Program-made: the position numbers and the translations under genes
From: the human T2T-CHM13v2.0 reference genome, Homo sapiens
Assembly: GCF_009914755.1 (NCBI RefSeq)
Contig: NC_060938.1
Direction: 5' to 3' (one strand)
DNA: 64,000 nt
Shown here: positions 33,225-49,253 of the stretch, piece after piece
How the letters are laid out: the number at the start of each line of letters is the position of its first letter
Position numbering within the stretch: the first letter of the stretch is position 1
Notes under the pieces: generated by a model
What the model was told of the DNA's origin: nothing
The model's database searches: none
Seen by the model: only the letters and a program-made list of their open reading frames with translations

Positions 33225-33690
33225 AGCAGCCCTATTCATAATAGCAAAGACATGGAATCAACCTAGTTGCCCACACAGGGAGATTTGGTAAGAAAAAATT
33301 GGTACATATACACCATGTGATACGAAGCAACCATTTTTATGAACAAAATCATGTCCTCTGCAGCAACATGGATGTGGCTGGAGACCATTATCCTAAGTGA
33401 ATTATCACAGCAACAGAAAACCAAACACTGCATGTTCTCACTTATAAATGGGAACTAAACATTGGGTACACATGGACATAAAGATGACAACAAGAGACAC
33501 TGGGAGCTCCAAAATGGGGGAGGGAAAGAGAGTGGCAAGGGTTGGAAAACTACCTATTTGATACTATGTTCTCTATTTAGGTGACAGGTTTCATTGAAGC
33601 CCAAACCTCAGCATTATGCAATATATCCATATGACAAATCTGCACATGTACCCCCTAAATCTAAAATTTTAATAAATAATAAAAATAAAA
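33225..33690 (+). mobile_element. 5'-truncated L1PA/PB 3' end
   Basis: 'catggaatcaacctag...atgttctcacttataaatggga...tgcacatgtaccccctaaatctaaaa' followed by an A-rich tail. Confidence 0.9.
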
Positions 33691-33954
33691 ATGTGAAATT
33701 ATAAAACTCACTGGTATACTTAATATACAAAGAAGAAAAGGAAAGGAATCAAAACTTATGACTACAGAAACCACTCAGCCACAAAACTTAACAGTAAGTG
33801 AAGAAAAAAAGAAAAAATGATATATAAAACAACCAGAGAAAGTCAATAAAATGACAGAAGTAAGTCCTCATCTACCAATAATAATTTTGAATGCAAATAA
33901 ATTAAATTTCCCTTTTAAAAGATGTAGACTGGCTGAATGGATTTTTTAAAAAAA

Positions 33955-34106
33955 TTAGATCCTGTAAGAACTCACTCAATATCACAAGAACAGCATGGAG
34001 GTAACTTCCTCCATTATTCAATTACCTCCCACCAGGTCCCTCCCATGACACATGGGCATATGGGAATAAGACGAGATTTGGGTGGGAACACAGCCCAAAC
34101 GTATCA
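33955..34106 (-). mobile_element. THE1/MST LTR 5' fragment
   Basis: 'caattacctcccaccaggtccctccc...gagatttgggtgggaacacagcccaaacgtatca'. Confidence 0.85.
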
Positions 34107-34902
34107 ATAAGCATATTATTTATTTCTTTTTAAGACAAGTGATATAACATTATGCATATTGCCCACAATGTTTAGGTAGTTTAACAATATACATGGAATT
34201 TTGTTCCATTTCAATATATTCATTTAATTCATTCAGTACCTTAAGTGCCTTCATTAATTTAGTACCTTCATTTCAGCTCCTCATTTTTTAAAAACTGAAG
34301 TGTATTATAGCATACTATATAGATGCAATAAAATTATTGTAGCTCTTCTTCCAAAAACAGAAAGAGACCCAACTAGAAAATTATTTTCCAGGTAAATGTA
34401 AACGAAAAACCAGCAGGAGTGGCCATTTTTATATCAAACAAAACAGATTTCAAGTTAAAAGCTGTAAAAAGAGACAAAGACATTATATAAAAAAGAGATC
34501 AATTCAGCAAGAAAATATAACAATTGTAAATGTGTATGCACCCAATACAACAGTGCCCATATATATAAAGTGAATATTATTAGATCTAAAGGGAGAGATG
34601 ACCCCAAACAATAATAGTTGGGGACTTCCCCATCCCACTCTCAGCATTGGACAGATCATCCAGACAGAAAATCAACAAAGAAACCTCATATTTAAACTAC
34701 ATCATAGAACAAATGGACCTAACAGACAATTACAGAACATTTCACCCAACAGCTATAGAATACACATTCTTTCATTGATGCATGCAGCATTCTCCAGGAT
34801 TAACCATATGTTAAAACACAAAATAAGCCTCAAAAAAATTTTAAAAATCAAAATCATATCAAGTATCTTATCTGAGCACAATGGAATAAAACTAAACATC
34901 AA

Positions 34903-35283
34903 TGATATGGTTTGAATTTGTGTCCCCACCCAAATCTCATGTCAAATTGTAATCCCCAATGTTGGAGAAGGGGCCTGGTGGGAGGTGATTGGATCATGGG
35001 GGTGGATTTCCCCTTTGCTGTTCTTAAGGTAGTGATATGAGTTCTCAGGAGATCTGGTTCTTTAAAAGTGTGTAGCACCTCCCCTTATCTCTCTCTCCTG
35101 CTCCAGCCATGTGAAAACGTGCCTGCTTCACCACTGCCTTCTGCCGTAATTGAAAGGTTCCTAAGGCCTCCCCAGCCATGCTACCTGTACAGACCATGGA
35201 ATGGTGAACCAATTCAACTTCTTTTGTTTGTAAATTACCCAGTTGCAGGTATTTCCTTGTAGCAGTGAGAATGGACTAATACA
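34903..35283 (+). mobile_element. MSTA-like solo LTR
   Basis: TGATATGG...GGACTAATACA. Perfect 5-bp TSD ATCAA (34898-34902, 35284-35288). Confidence 0.93.
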
Positions 35284-35614
35284 ATCAATAACAAGAGGAA
35301 GATTCAAAATTGTACAAATACATGGAAATTGAACAACATGAACTCTTAAAATACCTTAACACAAATGAAAATAGAAACATAACATACTGAAAGCCCTCAG
35401 ACACAGCAAAAGGAGTACTATGAGGCAAGTTTATAGCAATAAATGTCTTCATCAAAAAACTAGAAAGATTTCAAACAAACAACCTAACGATGCACCTCAA
35501 GGAACTAAAAAAACAAGAAGAGATCAAACCCAAAATTAGTGGAGGGAAAGAAATAATAAAGATCAGAGCCAATATATGCACAATTGATACTAAAAAATAC
35601 AAAAGATGAATAAA

Positions 35615-37170
<1,556 letters not shown>

Positions 37171-37345
37171 AAATAAAAAATCCAACGAAAATGCATTGTT
37201 ATGTCTAGATGTGATACTTGGAACAGTGGAAACCATCCTGCCATTCTAACGGAAACACATCTGAGAAATGTAGTTACATCCAAAGACGAGAGAACTAAAT
37301 GGGAGGAAGAGTCTGGGTTGTTGATATTTTTGATGCAATTAATTA

Positions 37346-37723
<378 letters not shown>

Positions 37724-38269
37724 CTAATTCTAAAATATGTATCTAATCAAATTTAGAAAGCATATATTAAAATATTGTTTATACAGGAATGATTTTACCA
37801 TCATAATTTGAATGAAGAACAAGTACATTTACATTAGCCAAGAATACATAAGTAAAAACTATTGTGTGGTTACCATGTGTTTCTGCTTTTCTGTCAATAC
37901 TCATTTTAATTTCTAAGGAGATAAATTTCAAATAACAAAAGATTATTTATTGATTGCTTCAGCTTAGAATTAGTCTACCTTAAAATTAACTATGAATTTT
38001 GGAATTACATTTTAAGTTGAAATAACAGCACAATAAAGCCATGTGGATGTTATTAATTTATTAGATAAAAATAATACTCTAAGATTTTACTCTGGTGATG
38101 CAATTGAAATAACATTGTAAGTTAATGTAATTGGCAGCATTGCCCAAAGTTTAAGAGGACTATTTCTTTAAACAAAGACAGTGTCTGACATTTATTTCAG
38201 GTGAAAACAAATATTTACATTATTTTTCCTTTCTTTACATGTAAATAGCCTTAAATGTTCTTAAATGTA

Positions 38270-38626
38270 ATTACATGTATACATATAAATATATATATTT
38301 GTATGATATTATTATATTTGTATGTATACATTTATATATATATGTTTGTAGGATATTTGTTATAAGGCATTGGCTCACATGGTTAAGGAGGCTGAGAAGT
38401 CTCATGATTCTACTGTCTGAAAGCTGGAGACCCCGGAAAGAGGAAAGCTAGTGTTACAGTTCTGGGAACCAGAGGGCTCATGATGTTGGTCCCAGTGTAG
38501 GGCAGGAAGAGACTGATTGATATTTCAGCTGAAGCAGTCAGGTAGAGATACGAATTTCCCCTTGCCTTTGCCTATTGTTCTAGTCAGGCTATCAACAGAT
38601 TGAATGTACATGTGTGTGTGGATTGG

Positions 38627-38666
<40 letters not shown>

Positions 38667-38738
38667 CTGTATGGGACATAGGTAAAGATATAGATATATC
38701 CTATTGGTTCTGTTTCCCTAGGGAACCCCAACTGACAC
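38270..38738. mobile_element. MLT2 (B/C-like) LTR pieces in opposite orientations, with TA and (TG)n microsatellites
   Basis: 38350-38608 is antisense ('ttggctcac...gaggctgagaagtc'). 38690-38738 is the sense 3' end ('cctattggttctgtttcc...actgacaca'). (TG)n spans 38628-38664. Confidence 0.8.
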
Positions 38739-38839
38739 AAAGACTAACTAATAAATGTAGAAGAAATGACAGAACTAGAAAATCAGAAATAAATAGCCAA
38801 CATAGCATTATTAACTCAGCCCAGAAACATCTTTATCAG

Positions 38840-39355
38840 ATAGTCTACAAAAATAGCTATCAAGTTCTTTTTCCCTGTACACAATGCTATTTCTCACACC
38901 AAGATGTGACCTAAATATAACTTGCTTTACAGATAGAATACACTGGAAGTAATGTTCTGGTACAAAAAGTAATGCTCTGGTATAAGAAGCCTTGCAGTTT
39001 CCACCTCAGTTTCTTGGAATGGACACTCGGAACTCCCCTTCTCTCTCTTGCTCTTCCTTTCTCTCTTCTCTATTCCTCTGTCTCAGAATTTAGGCACATG
39101 ATATAAGAAGCTTAAGTTACGTGGAGACGCTATGGTTGAAGACCTCTGGCAGCCCCAGGTGAGCTTTCAGCCAACAGTCAGACCAGTCCGACTCAACTTT
39201 GGATCTGTATATGTCAGTGAGCACCTTGTACATTCAGCCGAGACAAGTCTTCTGATGACTCAGGCCAACTTTCACTTGATTTCAGTATTATGAGAGGCCA
39301 AAAAGGAATGATTTAACTCACCCCACTCAACCCAACAGACCTGTGCAATAAGAAT
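38840..39355 (+). mobile_element. MLT1 (F/G/H-like) LTR
   Basis: 'gaagtaatgttctg...aagccttgcagtttccacct...cagccccaggtgagctttcagccaacag'. Confidence 0.65.
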
Positions 39356-39540
39356 AACACAGCACCACTCTAATCTATCAAAAATGCGTAACCTGAATCC
39401 AATTACATTGAAAAATGAGACAAACCTAAATTTAGAGATATTCTATTAAATAATTGACATAAAATTTTCAAAATGTAGAAGTTATGAAAGTCTAGGGAAG
39501 ACTGAGAGACTGAGTTTGAAGAAGATTAAAAAATAACATA

Positions 39541-41492
39541 TGATACCAGCAATGAACAAATGGAATTGGAAATTAGAATTGCAATATCATTTATATTAGC
39601 ACCAAAAAATGAAATTCTTTGGTAAATCCAACAAAGTTTGTACAACATCTATATAAAGGGAAACTATAAATCTCTGATGAAAGAAATCAAAGGAGAACTA
39701 AATAAATGGAGAGATGTTGCATGTTTATGAATAGAAGCATCAATATTGTCAAGATGCCAGTTCTCAAAATTATCTGTACATTAAATGCAGTTTTAATTGA
39801 AATCCCAGAAAGGTATTTCGTGAATATCAACAAAGTGATTCTAAGGTTTATATGGAGAAACAAAGGCTCCAGAAGAGCCAACACAATATAGAAAAAAAGA
39901 AACAAAACTGGAGGATTAACACTACCTAACTTCCAGACTTACTGTACAGTTATTGTGATCCAGACAGTATGGTATTAGAAAAAAAAAAGAGACAAACAGA
40001 CCAAGAGAATAGAATAGAAAGCCCAGAAATAGGCCCATACAAATACAGTCAACTGATCTTTGACAAAGAGGCAAAGGTAATACAATAAAAAAAATATAGG
40101 TTTAAAACAAATGGTATGGGCACAAACTGGACATTCACATGTTAAAAACAAATAAATCTAAACACAGACATTATACTCTTTACAAAAATTAATTCCAAAT
40201 GGATCACAGACCTAAACTGTAAAATGCAAAACTATAAAACCCTAGAAGAAAATACAGAAGAAAATCCAGATGACTTTGGGGGTGGTGATGATTTTTTAGA
40301 TACAAAATCAAAAGTGTGATTTTATGAAGAAAATAATAAATAAACTGCACCTCATTAAAATTAAAAGAATCTGTTGTGCAGAAGACAAAGTCAGCAGAGT
40401 GAGATGACAAGCCACAGACTGGGAGAAAATATTTGCAGAAGACTTATTTGGTAAAGGACGGTTACCCAAAGCTCAATAGTAAGAAAGCAAAAAACCTAAT
40501 TTTAAAAAATGGGCAAAAGACCTGAACAGACACCTCAACAAAGAAGATATAGATGGAAAATAATCATATGAAATGATACATTATTAGGGAATTGCAAATT
40601 AAAACACCACTGAGATACCACTACACATCTATTGGAATGGTGAAAATCCAAAATACCAACAACACAAATGTTGGTGAGAACAAAGCGCTACAGGAATTCT
40701 CATTTGTTGCTGGTGGGAATGTGAAATCATGCAGCCACTTTGTAAGACAGCTTGGCAATTTCTCACAAAATTAAACATACTCTTACCATATGATTCAGCA
40801 AGTGCACTCCTTTGTGTCTATCCAAATGAGTTGGAAATGCATGTATACACAAAATCTTGAACACAGATTACAGCCACTTCATTCATAATTGACAAAACTA
40901 GGAGGCAATCAAGATGTCCTTTAGCGAGTGAATCAATATATAAACTAGAGTGCATGCAGACAATGGAATATTATTCAACACTAAAAAGAAATGAGCTATC
41001 AAACCATGAAAAGACATGGAGGATACTTAAATACATATTACTAAGGGGGAAAAAAGCCATTATGAAATGGCTACTTACTATGTAATTCAAACTAAGTAAC
41101 ATTCTGGACAAGCCAAAACTGTGGAGACAGTAAAAAGATCAGTGGGTGCCAGAGGTTAGGTGGGAGGGGAGGAGGAATAGATGGAGAACAGATTTTTGTG
41201 GGTGGTGAAGCTATTCTGTATACTACAAAGGTGGACACATGTCATTATACATTTGTCAAATATCGTAGATTTCACAGTACCAAGAGTGAACTTTAAGATG
41301 AACTACGGACTTTGAGTATCAGTGCAGGTTTATCGATTATAACAAACGCATCACTGTGTTGCAGGATCTCAACAGTTGTAGCACAGGAGATTATCGGGGG
41401 AGGATGAAGGTACTTGAGAATTCTGTACATTATGTTCAATTTTGCTGTGAAGCTAAAACTACTCTAAAAACAAAACTATTTAATTTTTTAAA
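39541..41492 (+). mobile_element. L1MC1/2-like ORF2 3' half and 3'UTR, nested in an older L1MC fragment
   Basis: ORF2 peptides (SINIVKMPVL; MQIKTPLRYHYT). 3' end 'caattttgctgtgaagctaaaactactctaaaaa'. Confidence 0.88.
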
Positions 41493-41904
41493 GTGACAGT
41501 TAAATGAAATATACAATCTGTCATTGAACTTTTTGTCACTGACATTGGCAAAAAAAATTGGAACTACAAATTAGATGATAGTAATGTTTCAATGGTTTTT
41601 TAAAATTTTTTCATTACTGTGTTGGTAGAAGAATGTCTTTGTAAGGATTACAGAATGAAGTATTTGGGAATGATGGGGCATAGCATTGATAATTCACTTT
41701 AAGTGGTTTAGATAAAACGTCACTTATACTGGTCTTGCAACTTTTCTATACACTCAGACTTATTTCAGAATAAATCTTACTTTTAGCATTTTAAAAAGTA
41801 GAAAATGAAATATTCCTTAAGGCAACACTCTAGCCTAGTCTAATATTGTATAGACATCAGATAAAATATAAGGAGGCAACACAGCCAGAAATTTTGCAAA
41901 AATT

Positions 41905-42173
<269 letters not shown>

Positions 42174-44036
42174 TTATTTTTTCTTTAAATAATTCAAATA
42201 AAAATATTGTTAATGATGTAGTGTTTAGGCTAATATGCTGCATTCTTGTTGTTTGTTTTGTTGTTATGGTTAATAATTTGACCATATATTACATATATTC
42301 TTTTGTATGTATCAGATATTACATTGAAAAAAATCTGGGATATGTCCCTCTAAAGTACGCACTGTATTATATAAACATAAGAATAAAGAATCTCAGACAA
42401 AATTAATTGGCAGCATCCTCCAGTAAAACACAATTAATGGTTTTAACTTTTAAAACCACATCAAGTTTCCCTAGTTTTTTGTTCAAGTTGTTCAGTTTAG
42501 AGCTTATGAAGTTACAATTTCTTCAAAAAGGGTAAACAAATATACTAGCTTTTTTACTATAAAAGAAAAATAACTAATTACCAGTGGCATCTGAAAAATG
42601 AACAAAAAATACTTGGAAAAGAAGTGGTGTCAGTGTTTAATAGCCAATATGAAATTTAAGTACATGCACAATGTAGAAGCAAAAAGAAGAGCAGAAATTT
42701 TTTAAAATAATTTGATATTTCCCAAAAAAGCAAAAAGGATTTATCAACTGAAATGCGACTTTTTTTTTGAATTGCCACATGTTTCTTTTATCATTAGTAC
42801 TGATTTAAATAATTGGAATGTGAAAATAATAAGAAAAGTCATTTTGTTAACTATTGTGTCTTCAGTGCCTAGAAGAGTGCCTGAGCAAATATTCAAAAAC
42901 AGATTTTGATTGAATAAATAAATGCATCACATTTATTATCTGGGGATGAGGGACCATAATCTTTTTGCTACTTAGGGTACCTAGATAATCACAATCCAGG
43001 CCTGGCCACCAAAATACACTGTACTCCATTTCAAGCCTCAATTTTAAAAAAATCTGAAATGGTCTTCTTTTTTATTTACAAAATTAACATTTATGTAGGT
43101 GAAAAATAATTCCACTTTTCATGGACCTTACTCAATAGTATTTCCATCTTTGTTCTTTCACAAGTTAAGCATTAGGGCTTACAGAGACAGGATCCAGAAA
43201 GATGTGAAGTTGATGAAATGTGAAGTTGATATGTTCATTCCTGCCACATAGATCAAGCATAGTATGATTGTCTTTAAAGAAAAGAAATGTAAGTTACAAG
43301 GTGCTGAGGCAGTAAGGAATTGTGGGAAGAGGCGAGAGGGACAAAGAGGCAGGAGATTTTTAATCATAGGCTTTAATTTAAATCAGAAATTTCTGCTGAG
43401 AATTCCTTTGATAATTGCTTTTAATTTCTCTATCATTTGTCTTTTATGTTTTTAGCTATGTTCATTATGGGTAAGATTTTAAATTTAAAATAATTGTGCA
43501 TACTGAATTCTCTATTGCTTCAATTTTCATTTCATTACATGCCTTTAATATTATAATGAACAATGTATTCTGATGCATCCAGTTATTAAGGAACATTTGA
43601 CTTGTCAAATACAACTTTAGAAACCTTAGGTTCTATTATTTTGGTGTTCTATTTTAATGCATTCTTACAGTTTTTTATTGTTTTTATTATACCAGTTTTC
43701 AGATCTAATTAACTCTGCCAGCACAATAGCTTGTTAAAATGCTTTGAGACAGTAAACAGTAGAAATATATCCTGTATATATATACACAAATGGTTTGATT
43801 ATTTTAAGTAAAGTGATTGGATGTTAATTGCTTGCAATGGGTAAATTCATTCAAAACAGTTAAGTCTTCTGTGTTTATTAAAAAACTACAAAATCAAAAT
43901 AAGAATGTTGGAAGCTCCATATGATGCTACTCCATTCCTAAAATTATTCAACAACAAGCAATGTATTTTATATTGTACTCAGAAGGATTGTAATCCAATT
44001 TCCAGTAAAAAAAAAAAAAAAAAAAAAAAAAAATCA

Positions 44037-44330
44037 GGCCTTGTGGTGTCTCACACCTGTAATCCCAGCGTTTCAGAGGCCAAGATGGAAAAATTGCTTG
44101 AGGCCAGGAGTTCAAGACTAGCCTGGGCAACATAGTAAGACCCCATCTCTACAATTTTTTTTTTAATAGCAATGCGTAGTGGCATGCACCTGTCGTCCCA
44201 GCTACTTGGGAGGTTAAGCGGGAGGATTGGTTGAGCCCAGAAGTTTGAGACTTCAGTGAGTTATGATCGTACCACTGCACTCCAGACTGGGCAACAGAGC
44301 AAGACTTCATCTAAAAGAAAATCAAAAAAC
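44037..44330 (+). mobile_element. AluJ preceded by an A27 run
   Basis: Dimer with a T-rich linker. TSD-like aaaatca on both sides. Confidence 0.92.
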
Positions 44331-44369
44331 AACAGAAAATTATGTTTTATTTCTAGACAATGTATTGAT

Positions 44370-44710
44370 ATTGGTTATCTACTGCATTAGGATATAAGTT
44401 CAGCCTAAATTTAAAATGGCTTATACAAGATAGACATAATTATGTAGGCTGATACACTAGGTCTTCTGTTTAAAACTTACCAGGTATCTAGGCTCCTTAT
44501 TGTTGTTTCTTTCTACCAGCCCTAAAGTGTCACACCTTTCCTTTGAAAGCATTGGCTGGAAGTTGTACACATTACTTTCATTTATATTCCCATGAACAGA
44601 CCTTGATCATATGGCTACACCTAGTTCTAAGGGAGGCTGCCAAGTAGTCTATATGCAGAACAGCCATGGCCCAAATAAAGATTGTGAGAATAAGGAGCAA
44701 TCTCTGCCAT
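44370..44710 (-). mobile_element. Old MLT1/LTR33-like LTR
   Basis: 'gaagttgtacacattacttt...atggctacacctagttctaagggaggctg'. Confidence 0.6.
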
Positions 44711-45097
44711 AAGAAATGAATGCAATAAAAGCTCACAAATGTATAAAATTACAATCCACTTAAAAGTCTATTTCACAGCTATATAATTAAGAATTTAGAG
44801 CCTCTATGTTAAGGAGTCATAACTGAATTCCAAAAGGGAAGTAATAAATAGAGAACATTTGAATTTTTTTCAATATGACTTTGAATATTTTACAAAGTAA
44901 TACAAGTTCAGTGGAGCCAAACTTTACTAGAACATGCTACATGCAAAATTTATCATTAAAAAACAGAGGTTTCATTTACTTACACTCTTTCCTGTGTTGG
45001 GCATTGATGATTACCCAGTATTCTTTCTTTCTTTTTGCTCTTCCCTTTCCTAAATAACTCCAACTTACTTCACCTATACACATGAGAAGCCCCTCTG

Positions 45098-45098
<1 letters not shown>

Positions 45099-45147
<49 letters not shown>
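45099..45147 (+). repeat. Perfect (CA)24 microsatellite
   Basis: Seen directly in the sequence. Confidence 0.97.
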
Positions 45148-45149
<2 letters not shown>

Positions 45150-46664
45150 GGCAAACACAAAGCCATCTCACATGAGAAAGAAACCAGCCTTTGTATAAAC
45201 TGTTGTTGCAGACAGCAGAGTAGAGAGGCTGAAAGAACTGGAATGCTCGATGACAAGGTTAAGCTGCTGAATCAACTCACCTTGATGCCATCTCTGGAAG
45301 ATAATAAATTTTCAATCACTTGCTTCACAAACATTCTAACTGATATGTACATATTCTAGATAACTTTTTTCATTACTTTCAGGAACACTGAACAATATGA
45401 CTTCTAGAGTTCAGATAAGCTATATTTACAACTCTGAAATGCAAAATTTTCAAAAAAAAATCAAAATTTCATGAAACAATCCCATATACATTTTGAATGA
45501 GTTTGGATAAGACTAACGTGATACAACTTAAGATTGATCAAATCAAAATATTTTAATTTTTAAAATATAGGTTTCATTAAGAATTCACTAAAACCCACAT
45601 AATTCCTCATCTAATAATGTAAGACTGTGACTCTGTGAAGTTCAATTGAGTACAAAATCAATGGCAGATGCTTGTTTTTACAGCCCTAGGGAACTGCTAA
45701 TATGTGTTCTCCTGCTAATATGTGTCTACTAACATATTTTTAAGACTTTTTTTTTCCTTTTTGCGGCACCTGCAGCAGCAACAGTAGTAGCAGCAGGCTT
45801 ATCTTTTTCATAAGAAGAATCTCGGAAGCTTATCTATTTTCACCAGGGCAGAAGTACTGCATTTTTCAAATGGAACTTCAAATGTTCTCACTTTGCAACA
45901 CAAATTATTCTTAAAGGGTCTTGAAATAGATAGATTCCATTGTAAACAAACTGTTATTTCCCTTACTTAAAGAAGAAACCATTGTACACCATTTGACTGA
46001 TTTTTTCAACTTTCTTCCTTTCATTTCATTCTTATTCTTGACTTGATTATAATTTATTATATTTTATATCACAAGATATAAAAATTGTCAGTGTTAAGTG
46101 TTTAAAAACAGTAAAAGGGAAAGATGTTTAAAACCTCTGAATAAAAAATGAAGTAATATTAATGTGATTCAATGTCAATTGCTTGAGTAAAACAGATGAT
46201 CCAATCATTTATAAACAAAATATATTTTGAGTTAAAATAATTCTAACAGAACAAAATAAGGCCTCCTAAAGGAATGTATAGAGACATGTATTGGCTACTT
46301 ATAATTTCAGGGAGTACATACAGAGTATTTCTCAACTCATGGCAATTCATTAGAAATGGGTTCCCTACATATTAAATACTAAATGCTAAAAAAGCATTCA
46401 TACATTCTATTTAATAGCACAAAGGCCAGCAAATCATACAAATGATTAAAACAAAATAAAAATTTGATATTACAGCTTTTCATTTCACAAAGCATAGAGA
46501 AATAGAAACTGCGGATGATAAATGAGAAAATTATGCATCTTGTTTGAACATATGGAAAGGTTAACTTTTTCTTTATTAAAGTTGTAAATAAATAAAGACT
46601 ATTAATACATTTCAAATAAATTAGTAGTGTTTTCCAAAATCATCACAATAAGATACCAATAATA

Positions 46665-46900
46665 AGCAGCTGGTTAAAAGCATAAAACCAGAATGCCAGG
46701 GTTCAAACCTTGGCTCTACCATTTATTGACTGTGTGCCTTTAGTCAAATTAATGAACTTCTCTAGACCTCAGCTTCCTCACCTGCAAGATGGAATGATGA
46801 TAATAATAGTAGATAGTTCATGGGGCTGTTACAAGGATTAAAGAATAGATATAGGTAAGTATGTAGGAAACTATATGTGCTCAAAAAATTATTAGTAACT
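46665..46900 (+). mobile_element. MIR
   Basis: 'gggttcaaaccttggctctaccattta...cctcagcttcctcacctgcaagatgg'. Confidence 0.85.
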
Positions 46901-49253
46901 TTATATGCATAAATTTTTTAATTCACTCTCTATATATAACAATGATCAATTAAAAGCATACTTCCATGTTTTCTGTTTCAACTTTTAACAGTCATACAAA
47001 TATATAATGATAAATAATTCTTTTAGAATGACTGTTAAAAATAAAATTTAAAACTTCAGTCTGTTTTCTTACCTGTCTAAATGCTTATTTCTCCAGCTAT
47101 ATGTTTTTAAAGTAATGATTACACTAGTGATATTCATGAAGTATAAATGCAGTTCAACTAGGTGAAAATCTTTTTGAATACATTTATTACATTTAATATA
47201 TGTAAGCCACTTACTTGGCCCTTCATAAAAAAATAATGCTTACTATTTTCAACCAGTATATGGGTCAGATTGTTTTTAGACAACTATTTCTCTTTGAATT
47301 AAATAAGCAGAGAATTCATTTGCATTTGTGACTTAATTACATTTATTCTGCTCCCAAAATTATAAGTGTTAACTTGCTGCAGTATGTCCACACGAGATAT
47401 TTTACAACCCATTTGGAAGTCAAATATTTTTTCACAATCAACAAACATTTACTGCATGCCAGTCAGATTTAGGACATCTCTTGGGCTCCAATCAAATTAT
47501 CCAAAGAACTCAGAACTGAAAGAACATCAGAACATGTTGGACAACTCTCTTCTTTCATAGGTGAGAAAATTGATGTACACAAAATGACTTAAATGCAGGG
47601 AAGAGCCAAGATTACTGAATCTAGTCAGGGAGATAATTCAGATTGCAGGCAGATGCTTGGTGTTTTCAGGGTCCCTGTCTTTAAGTTATGGCCAAGTTAC
47701 TAGAAAACTGGCTTCTCTGTAGAACAGTTAATAGATTTGATTTTAAAGGCATTGTTACAGCCTTTTATAAAGTTGTATTGAAACCTGCAGAAGGTCATGT
47801 CTTCAATTCCACTAAAGATACAGCACTAATAATAGACAAAAAAAGAAAATTGGTGATATCCATAGCCCTTTCTAAAGTTTGTGATGGAATCATTATGTTA
47901 TCCTGATTAAAAAAAAAATTGCTCTCCTTTGGTCAATCTGCCCCAGCTATTATCTGAGAACATCTAATCAAAAAGTGCTGGGCGACATGTTCTAACAAGA
48001 AAAGATGCAGTTGTGAGTTATTAGCTGTTGGTTGACCCTTTATTTACAGTAAGGAAAAAAAACAAACTGCAGTAAGATATTCTTTGCAATAAGATATCCT
48101 TGAATTCAGGCATATTTCTTGGGCACTGGCAATTTTAAACTTTTAATCAATAAGGATATTTGTATAATCTATCTTCATTTTACTTTATGCTCATTGACAA
48201 TTAGAGAACAATATTTTCATAAGAGCAAAGAAAAGACTTATTATTCTACCTAATGAATATATCTGTGTAGATGTCAAACCCTAGAATTCTATAGGAAATT
48301 TTACTTATTTTTTCCATTCCTTTTTTAATTAAAATTTCTGATTAATTGCCTTAATCTCCAATTCTCTTTGTTGATATAAATTCAACCACAGAATAAGCAG
48401 GAATTTAGGAGTACTGCAAATGAAGAGAATTTCCATGCCTCCTTGACTCCAATTTGACAAAACGGTTTTTTTTTGATATTTCTTAAGATCTACTTATATC
48501 AATCCAATTATTAAAAATAACATGGACACCTAAATACAAATTTGGCAAAATATTTATATTCAAATAATCTTAATATGAACACAATTATTTTGTTACTCTC
48601 TCTTCTTTTGCCACACTAGAAAGATAGTACACCATTCCCATCTCTCACAGAACATTTTAAAGATTAAGCTCTCCGGTGCAAAAAAAAAGGTAATATCTTT
48701 GGTGGTAATAATTCAGATTCTAGTTTCAATGAGTATCAATGTCAAATATGAAAAAATAATAGAAGGAAGGTGGAGTTTAGGACAGGATGTGGAGTTCATT
48801 CCTCTGAACATGAAATAAGAAGGGTCTAAGGAGGACCCAGAGCAGTAGGAAACTTGCTGCTTATTCCTGACAGAATTCCTGAAGGAAAGACCCTGAAATT
48901 GAAGAGAAGAACGGCTGTGTGGTCCAACTGAGAAGCCTGGACTAAAGGCACAAATCAGCCAAAATGAGTTGATTGCTGGATTGACCATTGTTCTTTGGCC
49001 TAAGAATAACACAGAAGCAGCAATAAGCTGATAGACCTGAAGGAGCCATTCTCACTGGTATTCAGTATTCATAGACGATTAATGGCTTGAAATTCTCCTA
49101 CCTTCAAACTATGGCACAATCCTCATTGAGGCTTGGGAAGAAGTTTTGTTTCATTGTTCACTGGCTGTTCAGGCTGTGCTGCAGGACAGAATATTACACG
49201 AGTGTAGCCAATGTTAAAAGGAGGTAAATGTCACCCGGGGGTGAAAAAAAAAC

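Noticed and set aside
43183-43240. Minus-strand AG...GTAAGC segment reading NEHINFTFHQLHIFLDPVS
   Set aside because: The acceptor has a poor pyrimidine tract, the segment contains a 16-bp-period duplication, I do not recognise the peptide and I found no partner exons.
44007-44033. A27 run suggesting a processed pseudogene tail
   Set aside because: There is no recognisable upstream transcript or TSD. It is better explained as an expanded A-run in the target site of the adjacent Alu.
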